Below, in pieces: positions 1-8,110 of a DNA stretch of 49,973 nucleotides; position 1 is the first letter of the stretch; the number at the start of each line of letters is the position of its first letter. The notes beneath the pieces were generated by a model. That model was not told the DNA's origin. It did not search any database and was given only the letters and a program-made list of their open reading frames with translations. Origin of the DNA: Candidatus Enterousia sp. (GTDB taxonomy: Bacteria > Pseudomonadota > Alphaproteobacteria > Rs-D84); contig JAZQGC010000033.1 of the NCBI GenBank assembly GCA_045539815.1, forward strand, positions 1-49,973, written 5' to 3'. The translations under genes and the position numbers were made by a program.

Positions 1-338
1 AATTATTTACAAACACATACATATATAAATTAAGAACTGTATTTATCGTTTTTAGAAATTTTCTTCCTTGTCATTCTGGTGCTTGACACCAGAACCCAGG
101 TTATAATGCTTATTTATGCGGAATGCACGACCTGGATCCTGGGGTCGGGCCACAGGATGACAAAAGTTTTTAATTTTCAAGAAAACGGGGATTTTTTGCA
201 TAAATGCGGAATTTATTACCTGGGTCCTGTGGTCAAGCCACAGGATGACAAGGAAGTAGGGATTTAAACGAATAAAAACAGTTCTTAATTTTTATTTATG
301 GAATAACCTGGGTCCTGTGGTCAAGCCACAGGATGACA
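1..338. repeat. Cluster of ~88-bp repeat units, each with a 32-nt hairpin core (three direct copies, one inverted)
   Basis: Cores are at 131-162 (cctggatcctggggtcgggccacaggatgaca), and at 219-250 and 307-338 (both cctgggtcctgtggtcaagccacaggatgaca). An inverted copy lies at 69-100 (tgtcattctggtgcttgacaccagaacccagg). The flanks also align: atgacaaggaag...acagttcttaattt (245-291) matches the reverse complement of 28-74. A ttatgcggaat-like motif precedes each direct core. The cluster touches the left window edge and may continue. Confidence 0.85.
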
Positions 339-388
339 GATAAGAGAAATACGGTTTCAAGCGAACGAAGTTTGTTATAAATAAGCAC

Positions 389-415
389 AAAAAAAACACC
401 CGCTGTTCGCGGGTG
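389..415 (-). terminator. Intrinsic terminator downstream of infB
   Basis: Stem cacccgc (397-403) / gcgggtg (409-415). It is followed on the minus strand by a run of 8 T (A-run 389-396), 19 nt after the infB stop. Confidence 0.8.
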
Positions 416-433
416 TTTGGGTGTAGTAACACG

Positions 434-2839
434 CTATATCTGGGCACGAACTTCTTCTACTTCGTAACATTCAACACGGTCGCCCTCTTTCAAGTCATTA
501 TACTTGTCAAATGACATACCGAATTCAACACCACCAGATACCTCTTTCACTTCGTTCTTTTCACGACGCAACTGGCCAATCTTGCCATCATAGATAACAA
601 CATTGTTGCGCAACAAACGAACAAAAGCATCCTTTTTAACCGTGCCTTCGGTCATGCGACAGCCCGCAACGCGTACGCCCTTGCCAACCGTAAACAGCGC
701 AATGACGTCCGCATAACCGATAAATGTTTCACGCTTTTCAGGCGCCAATTTACCAGATAATATTTCCTTGATTTCGTCCGTAATACGATAAACAACACTG
801 TGATATCTGATGTCAACACCGTTGCCACGCGCCATATCACGAACCGCAGCATCCGCACGAACATTAAACGCAACAATAACCGCGCCAGACGCCGTTGCCA
901 AACGGATGTCGCCTTCGGTAATCTGACCAACACCAGATGACAAGATTTCAACACCAACCTTGTCCGTGTTAATGTCTTTGACCATGTCTGTTATCGCTTC
1001 GACAGAACCCTGAACGTCTGCACGCAAGATAATTGGCAATATTAATTTCTTGTTGTCATCACGTTTTGCAAACAATTCTTCCAGTGAAGAACGTTTTACA
1101 GCATTTGCCTTGTCTTTCGCCTTTTGGATACGATAGGCCGCAACTTCACGCGTTTGAGCCTCGTTTTCCATAACACGCAATTCATCGCCCGCACCAGGAA
1201 CCGTATTCAATCCCAATACAACCGCAGGCTGACCCGGACGAACAGATTTTACACGTTCACCATTAGAATTAATCAAACCACGAACACGACCAAATGTTTC
1301 ACCAACAACAAATACATCGCCTATTTTCAATGTACCTTGGCGCATCAATATCGTGGCAACCGCCCCCAAACCTTTTTCTTGTTTTGCTTCGACAACATAG
1401 GCAACCGCAGGCATTTGTGCATCAGCCTTTAATTCCATCATTTCTGCCTGTAATAAAATAGCCTCTTCCAGTTTGTCCAGACCAATTTTCTTGGTTGCAG
1501 AAATTTCAACACATTGAACATCACCACCCATTTCTTCAATCTGGACTTCCTGTTGCAACAAGTCTGTTTTTACACGCATCGCATTTGCTTCGGGCAGGTC
1601 AATCTTGTTAATCGCAACAATAAATGGAACATGGGCCGCACGAATGTGGTTTATTGCCTCTATGGTCTGGGGCATAATAGAATCATTTGCCGCAACAACC
1701 AATACAACAATGTCTGCCATCTGGGCACCACGCGCACGCATCGCAGTAAATGTTTCGTGCCCCGGTGTGTCCAAAAATGTTATCATCGCACCAGATTTTG
1801 TTTTTACTTCGTACGAAGATACATGCTGGGTAATACCACCCGCTTCGCCCGCCGCAACATTGGCATTACGAAACGCGTCCAACAAAGATGTTTTGCCATG
1901 GTCAACGTGCCCCACAACAGTTACAACAGGCGCACGTGGCGTCATGTGTTCTGGATTTGGCGCGCGTTCCAAAATATCCGCATATGGTTTTACAACAACG
2001 CGTTTGACAGTGGCGCCAAATTCACCAGCAACCAATTCAGCAGTATCTGCATCAATTGATTGGTTTACCGATGCCATCATGCCCATTTCCATCAACTTTT
2101 TAACGACATTTCCAACCTTTTCTGCCATGGCTGCGGCCAAATCTTTTACCGTTATGGTGTCACCCAAATTAACAACACGTTCAACCTTTTGCGGGGCATT
2201 AAATACGGCGCGCGCCTTGTCCCGGAAACGTTTTAACGATGCTTCGCTGCGACGACGGTTTGCACCACGCAATCCAATTTCTTCGTCATCATCTTCGCCG
2301 CCCATAACAATATCGTTCAAATGAATCTTGCCAGACTTTTTGAAATCTTTTTTGTGATTAGAAAACTTAGATGGGCGTGAATCTTCATCGTCACTGTTAC
2401 GATTTTTACGTCCAGCGCCAGCAACCGCATTATCAGTAAAGACCTTGGGCTGTTGCGCCGGTTTTACATTGCGTACAGCAGTTTCTTCGACAACATCAAC
2501 ATCAGAAGACGCAGCATTTTCACGGGCCGCCAACTGAGATTTCACCTGTTCATATTCACGTGTTTCACGTTCGATTTCAGCCGCACGGGCAGCACGGGCA
2601 GCCTCTTCTGCGGCTTCGCGCTGTTTACGTTCTTCTTCGCGCGCCTTGGCCGCAGCCAGAACAGCACGCAATTTTTCATCCGCCGCATTTTTCGGCGTTG
2701 ATGCTGATGCAGGCTCGTCCCGTAATTCTTTGTTGCCCGGTGCAATGACACGGCGACGACGCTCTACAAATACGGCATCGCCTTTTTTGCTGCGAACAGC
2801 ATCAGTCGTTACAGATTTTCCAAGTGTTAATGTTGCCAT
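434..2839 (-). CDS. infB: Translation initiation factor IF-2
   Basis: 804-aa ORF 434-2848. GTPase motifs GHVDHGKTSLLD, DTPGHETF and NKID, with a Lys/Glu/Ala-rich N-terminus. The ORF track opens at a GTG; the ATG at 2839 (MATLTLGK) has a GGAG about 9 nt upstream and is the likelier start. Lies directly downstream of nusA. Confidence 0.95.
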   Translation of the reverse strand: MATLTLGKSVTTDAVRSKKGDAVFVERRRRVIAPGNKELRDEPASASTPKNAADEKLRAVLAAAKAREEERKQREAAEEAARAARAAEIERETREYEQVKSQLAARENAASSDVDVVEETAVRNVKPAQQPKVFTDNAVAGAGRKNRNSDDEDSRPSKFSNHKKDFKKSGKIHLNDIVMGGEDDDEEIGLRGANRRRSEASLKRFRDKARAVFNAPQKVERVVNLGDTITVKDLAAAMAEKVGNVVKKLMEMGMMASVNQSIDADTAELVAGEFGATVKRVVVKPYADILERAPNPEHMTPRAPVVTVVGHVDHGKTSLLDAFRNANVAAGEAGGITQHVSSYEVKTKSGAMITFLDTPGHETFTAMRARGAQMADIVVLVVAANDSIMPQTIEAINHIRAAHVPFIVAINKIDLPEANAMRVKTDLLQQEVQIEEMGGDVQCVEISATKKIGLDKLEEAILLQAEMMELKADAQMPAVAYVVEAKQEKGLGAVATILMRQGTLKIGDVFVVGETFGRVRGLINSNGERVKSVRPGQPAVVLGLNTVPGAGDELRVMENEAQTREVAAYRIQKAKDKANAVKRSSLEELFAKRDDNKKLILPIILRADVQGSVEAITDMVKDINTDKVGVEILSSGVGQITEGDIRLATASGAVIVAFNVRADAAVRDMARGNGVDIRYHSVVYRITDEIKEILSGKLAPEKRETFIGYADVIALFTVGKGVRVAGCRMTEGTVKKDAFVRLLRNNVVIYDGKIGQLRREKNEVKEVSGGVEFGMSFDKYNDLKEGDRVECYEVEEVRAQI

Positions 2840-2860
2840 ATAAACCACTCCGTCGTTTTT

Positions 2861-4399
2861 TTATTCTTCTTCTTGTTTTATATCAAATGCAATTTCACGC
2901 GCCTTCATAATGACACGACCCGCCAAACGCGCAGACATTGTATCTTCGCCCAAAATTTCAACCAATTCATCTGTGGATAAATCAGCCAAATCTTCCAAAG
3001 ACTTTATGCCAGCTGCACCCAATTGCATGATAATTGGACGCTTGATAAAATCAAAATTCAACAAATCGTCAGACATTCCCAATTTACGGCCGTTTTCAAT
3101 GTAATCGCGTTCGATTTTTTCCAAATAATCCTTGGCACGTTTTTGCAATTCTGCCGCCAATTCTGGGTTAAAGCCTTCGATAGATTCCAATTCATTAATG
3201 TCAACAAATGCGATTTCTTCAATTGTACGGAAACCTTCGGTAATCAACAACTGAGCAATCATTTCATCAACATCCAAACCACTGATAAACAATTCTGTTT
3301 TTTCTTTGAATTCTTTGGCGCGTTTTTCTTGTTCTTCGGCCTCGTTCATGACGTCAATGTTCCAACCAGTTAACTGAGACGCCAAACGAACATTTTGACC
3401 GCGACGACCAATCGCCAAAGATTGCTGATCTTCGTTCACAACAACCGCCGCACTGCGTGTATCTTCATCAACGATGATTTTTGCGACCTTGGCAGGCTGC
3501 ATCGCGTTTACAATAAAGACCGCAGGATCTTCGGAATACAAAATAACATCAATCTTTTCGCCATGACATTCGTTGATAACTGGTTGAATACGTGTCCCCT
3601 TGATACCAACAGTCATACCAACAGCATCAATCGATGGATCCGCCGTTTCAACAGCAATCTTGGCATGAGAACCAGGTGCGCGCGCAACAGATTTAATTTT
3701 AATAATACCTTCGTAAATTTCAGGAACTTCTTGAACGAACAATTTTTCCATGAACATTGGATGAGTACGAGTCAAGAAAATCTGAGGCCCCGTATTAGAA
3801 CGCGCAACATCCATAATTAATGCACGAACACGATCACCAACAGTCAATCTTTCACCTGGGATTAATTCCGTGCCCTTGATATAACCTTCGGCCTTGCCAT
3901 TAATATCAACAAATACATTGCCAAATTCAATACGTTTAACAACGCCGCTGACAATATCGCCAATATTATCTTTGAATTCTTCGAATTGACGCCCTTTTTC
4001 AGCATCGCGAACACGCGCAGTCATCATTTGTTTCGCAGTTTGAAATGCCATGCGACCAAATTCAGGTTCTGGCAAGGCATCTTCGACAACATCACCAACA
4101 GACGGATTAGATGCATACTTTTTTGCCTGGGCCACAGTTAACATTGTGTTCGGATCATATTCTTCGCCAACAGATTCAGGCGACGCAATAACATCAAATA
4201 AACGCTTTACATGAATCGCACCATTTTTACGATCAATATTCGCAACGATATTGAATTCTTCGCCATATTTATGTTTTGCAATTTTTGCAATCGCAGCTTC
4301 TAGTGAAGAAATAACAATATCGCGTTCAATTTGTTTTTCCTGGGCCAATGAGTCAATCGCCAATAACAAATCCTGACGTGGCATAGAAACAAAAGACAT
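2861..4399 (-). CDS. nusA: Transcription termination/antitermination factor NusA
   Basis: 512 aa. The N-terminus MSFVSMPRQDLLLAIDSLAQEKQI is typical. S1/KH region (GDIVSGVVKRIEFGNVFVDI, AIGRRGQNVRLASQLTGW) plus C-terminal HhH acidic repeats. nusA-infB synteny. Confidence 0.95.
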   Translation of the reverse strand: MSFVSMPRQDLLLAIDSLAQEKQIERDIVISSLEAAIAKIAKHKYGEEFNIVANIDRKNGAIHVKRLFDVIASPESVGEEYDPNTMLTVAQAKKYASNPSVGDVVEDALPEPEFGRMAFQTAKQMMTARVRDAEKGRQFEEFKDNIGDIVSGVVKRIEFGNVFVDINGKAEGYIKGTELIPGERLTVGDRVRALIMDVARSNTGPQIFLTRTHPMFMEKLFVQEVPEIYEGIIKIKSVARAPGSHAKIAVETADPSIDAVGMTVGIKGTRIQPVINECHGEKIDVILYSEDPAVFIVNAMQPAKVAKIIVDEDTRSAAVVVNEDQQSLAIGRRGQNVRLASQLTGWNIDVMNEAEEQEKRAKEFKEKTELFISGLDVDEMIAQLLITEGFRTIEEIAFVDINELESIEGFNPELAAELQKRAKDYLEKIERDYIENGRKLGMSDDLLNFDFIKRPIIMQLGAAGIKSLEDLADLSTDELVEILGEDTMSARLAGRVIMKAREIAFDIKQEEE

Positions 4400-4583
4400 C
4401 TATATACTCCTTTTACGTTAGTTGTATGTCTTATTGAAAGAGCGGGGTTTTTCAACCCCGCCCTTAAAGAATTATTTAAGAACGTAACTTATTATAAACA
4501 ACGATTCGTTAAAATACAAGTAAAAAAACAACATCAACAAAAATGTGGCACATGACTTTTTTTTGATTTATAATCTGCCTGCT

Positions 4584-5627
4584 ATGATGAAAATATTAAG
4601 AAATTTGCTGATGCCGGCAGCAAACAAAACAACAGCCGGCGCATTGGCGGTCAAATTTGGCCTGGAAATACGCGGCGATGCAAATACCGTTGTACGCGGT
4701 GTCGCACCAATCGCAGACGCACGCCCGGGACAATTGGCCTTTTATTCAACAGAACAAAACAGTAATGCGTTTAAAATACTGCCGCTGGAAGTATTAAAAA
4801 ACACACGCGCAACAGTCATTTTGGTACAACCTGAAATGGCACAGTACGCACCACAGGGCGCAACACTGTTAATAACAAACAGTCCACGCGGCAATATTGT
4901 AAAAATACTGGGCGAAATATATCGCGAAAAACCAAGATACGGTATCAGCAAGCATGCATATATTGAACGCGGTGTGTTCTTTCGCAAAAAACGCACAAAC
5001 TATGTTGGACAATTCGTAACAATTGAACACGGCGCGTCAATTGAACCAGGGGTAAAAATATATCCTGGGGCATTTATTGGACGCAATGTGGTTATCGGTC
5101 GCGACACCATTATTCACAGCGGTGCACATATTGAAAATGCAACAATCGGTGCAAACAGTGTTATTAATGCCGGCGCAGTTATCGGTAAAGATGGATTTGG
5201 ATACACACGCCAAAATGGAAAAAATATATTCATCCCACATGTTGGACGCGTAATAATTGGCGAACGCGTGTCTGTTGGCGCAAACACTTGCATTGATCGC
5301 GGCGCAATGACAGACACAACAATTGGGGACGGAACAAAAATCGACAACCTGTGTCAGATTGCACACGGCGTAATTATCGGTCAAGAGTGTTTCTTGGCCA
5401 GCGGTGTTGGACTGGCAGGTGGTGTTATTGTTGGCGACCGCGCATTACTGGGCGGACATGTTGGAATTGCAAACGGTGTAAAAATTGGAAACGATGCATC
5501 CGTTGGTGCGAACAGTGGTGTATTCCGCAATATCCCTGATGGCGAATCACATATGGGATACCCAGCCGGCCCAGGAACAGAATTTATGCGCCACTATGCA
5601 TGGCTGCGCAAAAATGTAAAAAAATAA
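4584..5627 (+). CDS. lpxD: UDP-3-O-acylglucosamine N-acyltransferase
   Basis: ORF 4545-5627. Left-handed beta-helix hexapeptide repeats ([43 protein letters not shown]), followed by fabZ. The track start is a GTG; the ATG at 4584 or 4611 is more plausible. Start is uncertain. Confidence 0.88.
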   Translation: MMKILRNLLMPAANKTTAGALAVKFGLEIRGDANTVVRGVAPIADARPGQLAFYSTEQNSNAFKILPLEVLKNTRATVILVQPEMAQYAPQGATLLITNSPRGNIVKILGEIYREKPRYGISKHAYIERGVFFRKKRTNYVGQFVTIEHGASIEPGVKIYPGAFIGRNVVIGRDTIIHSGAHIENATIGANSVINAGAVIGKDGFGYTRQNGKNIFIPHVGRVIIGERVSVGANTCIDRGAMTDTTIGDGTKIDNLCQIAHGVIIGQECFLASGVGLAGGVIVGDRALLGGHVGIANGVKIGNDASVGANSGVFRNIPDGESHMGYPAGPGTEFMRHYAWLRKNVKK

Positions 5628-5647
5628 GGGAAAAAGGGAAACAAAAT

Positions 5648-6088
5648 ATGATTGATGCAAAAGAAATAGAAAAAATAATACCACATCGTGGTGATATGCG
5701 ACTGATTGACGAAATTCGCGAATACAATGACACCAGCGCGGTCGGCATAAAATATGTACGCGACGATGAATTTTGGTGCACAGGACACTTTCCGGGCAAT
5801 CCAATTATGCCGGGCGTTTTACAGGTCGAAGCATTGGCACAAACCGCATGCTTTGTTGCGTTTAAAAATCTGAGCGACGAAGAACGCAAGGACATGCTGG
5901 GATATTTTACAACAATGGAAAAAATCAAATTCTCGCACATGGTACGCCCCGGGGACAAATTGGAATTACATGTAGAATTATTAATGACCAAAATGAAACT
6001 GTATAAATTCCACGGTATTGCATTGGTTGGCGGCAAAAAGGTGGCAGAATCCACATTTACAGCCGTACTGCAAAAAGTCAATGCGTAA
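5648..6088 (+). CDS. fabZ: 3-hydroxyacyl-ACP dehydratase FabZ
   Basis: ORF 5600-6088. Hallmark HFPGNPIMPGVLQVEALAQ. The ATG at 5648 (MIDAKEIEKIIPHRGDM) is preceded by a purine-rich SD (agggaaaaagggaaa). lpxD-fabZ synteny. Confidence 0.93.
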   Translation: MIDAKEIEKIIPHRGDMRLIDEIREYNDTSAVGIKYVRDDEFWCTGHFPGNPIMPGVLQVEALAQTACFVAFKNLSDEERKDMLGYFTTMEKIKFSHMVRPGDKLELHVELLMTKMKLYKFHGIALVGGKKVAESTFTAVLQKVNA

Positions 6089-6104
6089 CAAAAAAACAAC
6101 GACA

Positions 6105-6134
6105 AGAAACGCCAAAAAGGCGTTTCTTTTTTTT
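6105..6134 (+). terminator. Intrinsic terminator after fabZ
   Basis: agaaacgcc (6105-6113) / ggcgtttct (6119-6127), followed by a T-run to 6134. Confidence 0.8.
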
Positions 6135-6140
6135 AAGATA

Positions 6141-6174
6141 AAAAAACAAACCGCCAACAATTGCTTGTTGGCGG
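6141..6174 (-). terminator. Intrinsic terminator after the 113-aa minus-strand ORF
   Basis: ccgccaacaa (6151-6160) / ttgttggcgg (6165-6174). The minus-strand T-run corresponds to the A-rich 6141-6150. Confidence 0.75.
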
Positions 6175-6249
6175 CAGCTCCCTTCCTTCCGGTTATCCGG
6201 AAACCATGCGTCATGAACCGTGCGCGCAAATAAAACAACAAATTTTGTT

Positions 6250-6591
6250 TTATGCGGCCTTGGCAACGGTTTCTGATGACAAAACTGAAGAATTCGCAGC
6301 ATCCATTAACTTTTTAGCTTCGGCAAATACCATTGCTTTTACACGCATTGCCAAATCTGATGTTTCCATACTTTCTGCGGCGACATCAAAATTATCTGTA
6401 CGAATTTGCAACGAAACATACGCACCAACCAACGAAGCGCGTGACAAATCTTCGATAGATCTGGGGGCATTATTACAACCAATTTTTAATTCATCTGCCA
6501 ATGATACAATCTGACGTTCAGAATTAACCCAAACAGTTGTTGTCAGGACTTGATTCAAGGCAATCATTATTTCTTTGATATTCTTTTGCAT
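6250..6591 (-). CDS. Hypothetical protein, 113 aa, no family recognised
   Basis: Strong SD (aaaggagg) 8-9 nt upstream of the ATG at 6591, and its own terminator. Predicted soluble and helical. I cannot assign a family by eye. Confidence 0.6.
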   Translation of the reverse strand: MQKNIKEIMIALNQVLTTTVWVNSERQIVSLADELKIGCNNAPRSIEDLSRASLVGAYVSLQIRTDNFDVAAESMETSDLAMRVKAMVFAEAKKLMDAANSSVLSSETVAKAA

Positions 6592-6855
6592 GGCGCGCTT
6601 CCCCTCCTTTCGGGCGTTTTGTTGAAAAATATTCGTTTTTTATTGTACATACCAAAGTATTTACAAATCAAACAAATATTTTAGTGTTTCGTTTCGTTTT
6701 TTACCGAAAAAAACCCAGATTTCTGCGATTTATATCGGTTTTTATTTCTTTTTCCCTTGTCTATACAAATATCTTAGAACAAAAACGAATCGCAGGTCAA
6801 GCACAAAATATATTTATTTAAAAATAATTTTATTTTTTATAACTTTTTATTAAAA

Positions 6856-6920
6856 AACCACAATATACCACAGAACAACCATAAATTGTCATTGACAACC
6901 ATAAAAACCCATGCTACATT
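6856..6920 (+). promoter_or_regulatory. mraZ promoter (TTGACA-17-TACATT) overlapped by five phased ACCAY direct repeats (putative MraZ operator)
   Basis: -35 ttgaca 6892-6897, 17-nt spacer, -10 tacatt 6915-6920. Repeats: aaccac 6856-6861, taccac 6866-6871, aaccat 6877-6882, aaccat 6897-6902, acccat 6907-6912. On the bottom strand these read (G/A)TGG(T/G)T. Spacing is 10, 11, 20 and 9-10 bp. Confidence 0.55.
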
Positions 6921-6978
6921 TCGTACGAAGCAGGAAACAGGGGACCACGGAAAAAGCCCAAAAGAAGAAGATCATAAA

Positions 6979-7428
6979 ATGTCATTGTTTCTCTCATCTT
7001 ATGAAAATCGTTTGGATACCAAGGGGCGCATTTCTGTGCCCGCCCCATTCCGCGCTTCGGTTGTAAATGAAAATTTTTCCGGGGTTGTATTATATCGCTC
7101 TTTTACAAATAACTGTATCGAAGGCCTGTCAATGTCCCGCATGGAAAAAATGGCAGCCGCCGCTGATAAAATGGGCGTTTTTGACAGCGAACTGGACGAT
7201 TTGTCCGCAATGCTGTTCGCAGACGCGCGCCAGTTGGCATTTGATGTTACCGGACGCATAATAATCCCCGCAGATTTATTAAAACACGCAGGCATCACAG
7301 ACCGCGCAATATTTGTCGGACGCGGCAACAGCTTTCAAATCTGGAATCCAGATGCATTTCGTGCCGCCCAGGAAAAATCATTACAGAATCTGCGTAACGC
7401 ACGGCCGAATCTGAAAATCGGCGAATAA
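6979..7428 (+). CDS. mraZ: Transcriptional regulator MraZ
   Basis: ORF 6886-7428. The conserved MraZ N-terminus MSLFLSSYENRLDTKGRISVPAPFR begins at the ATG at 6979. A second SpoVT/AbrB-like half is present (DVTGRIIIPADLLKHAGI). The upstream TTG extension overlaps the promoter. Confidence 0.9.
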   Translation: MSLFLSSYENRLDTKGRISVPAPFRASVVNENFSGVVLYRSFTNNCIEGLSMSRMEKMAAAADKMGVFDSELDDLSAMLFADARQLAFDVTGRIIIPADLLKHAGITDRAIFVGRGNSFQIWNPDAFRAAQEKSLQNLRNARPNLKIGE

Positions 7429-7454
7429 AATTCAACAGTTCCTTTCTTCGTATA

Positions 7455-7480
7455 AAAAATTCCCCAATTGGGGAATTTTT
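7455..7480. terminator. Bidirectional terminator between convergent mraZ and adk
   Basis: aaaaattcccc (7455-7465) aatt ggggaattttt (7470-7480). A/T runs on both sides. It overlaps the adk stop codon. Confidence 0.75.
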
Positions 7481-8036
7481 ATTTTTGTAACACAGACATT
7501 ATATCCGCAAAATTATCATCAATCGTGCCACGCGCATCAATCTGGGCAAACCGCACCCCAGGCGCGTTTCGCAACCAATCTATTGCAGGAATTGTTGTAT
7601 TAAAAAAATTATCCAAACGACGACGAATTATTTCCGGCGACGCGTCATCCTTGCGGTTAGCACCTTCGCGGATACGCTTGTTTATGCGCTGAATCAAAAC
7701 ATCTGTTGGCACCGACAGATATAACGCATACACATCAAACATTTCTGTATAATTATCAACCAACCATTGCGCCTGGGATACTTTGCGCGGAAAGCCATCT
7801 ATGATAACATCTTTATCAACAGGTATTTCTGCACGGATTACATCAAACAATATTTCATCAGGCACTAAATTTCCCGCAGAAATTATCTTCGCAACATCAG
7901 AATCTGCCGGCATAGAACGCAAAATCGCCCCGGCTTCAATGTACTTATATGGCTGTTGCGCCATCAGCATACGGGAAATAGTCCCCTTGCCTACGCCCTG
8001 GCCACCCATCATTAAAATCATCTGTTTTTTTTTCAT
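7479..8036 (-). CDS. adk: Adenylate kinase (short form, no zinc lid)
   Basis: ORF 7479-8039. P-loop GGQGVGKGT, DGFPR motif, R..DD...I.RRL segment. The track start is a GTG; an ATG follows immediately at 8036. Confidence 0.85.
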   Translation of the reverse strand: MKKKQMILMMGGQGVGKGTISRMLMAQQPYKYIEAGAILRSMPADSDVAKIISAGNLVPDEILFDVIRAEIPVDKDVIIDGFPRKVSQAQWLVDNYTEMFDVYALYLSVPTDVLIQRINKRIREGANRKDDASPEIIRRRLDNFFNTTIPAIDWLRNAPGVRFAQIDARGTIDDNFADIMSVLQK

Positions 8037-8062
8037 CACACCTGTATTCTATCATAAAAAAC

Positions 8063-8089
8063 AAAACTGGGCAAATTTTGCCCAGTTTT
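8063..8089 (-). terminator. Hairpin terminator after rpsA
   Basis: aaaactgggca / tgcccagtttt palindrome, 22 nt downstream of the rpsA stop, with flanking A/T runs. Confidence 0.65.
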
Positions 8090-8110
8090 ATTTCTGAAAA
8101 ACACACAAAA

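Noticed and set aside
79-267. 62-aa plus-strand ORF in the track
   Set aside because: It is generated entirely by reading through the hairpin repeats (the peptide itself repeats ...GPVVKPQDDK / GHRMTK). It has no SD and a GTG start. It is a repeat artefact, not a gene.
69-338. Possible small CRISPR array (regularly spaced ~32-nt repeats, 88-bp period)
   Set aside because: One copy is inverted and the repeats are not identical. The 'spacers' are homologous to each other, so they are part of a longer repeat unit. No cas genes or leader are present in the window.
1605-2324. Long antisense or shadow ORFs inside large genes (also 14899-15507, 26154-26768, 45712-46284, 5584-6105, 31643-31975)
   Set aside because: Each lies wholly inside a strongly supported gene on the opposite strand or in another frame. 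Their composition is odd and low-complexity, and they lack SD sequences. These are typical shadow ORFs.
6250-6591. Faint resemblance of the 113-aa protein's C-terminus to the flagellin C-terminal helix
   Set aside because: Only a loose pattern (D.A.....A..L...AN..VLS) is visible. There is no flagellin N-domain, the protein is too short, and no flagellar genes lie nearby. Not enough to support a call.
6886-6978. N-terminal 31-aa extension of mraZ from a TTG start
   Set aside because: The conserved MraZ N-terminus starts at the ATG at 6979. The extension would begin inside the -35 box of the predicted promoter.
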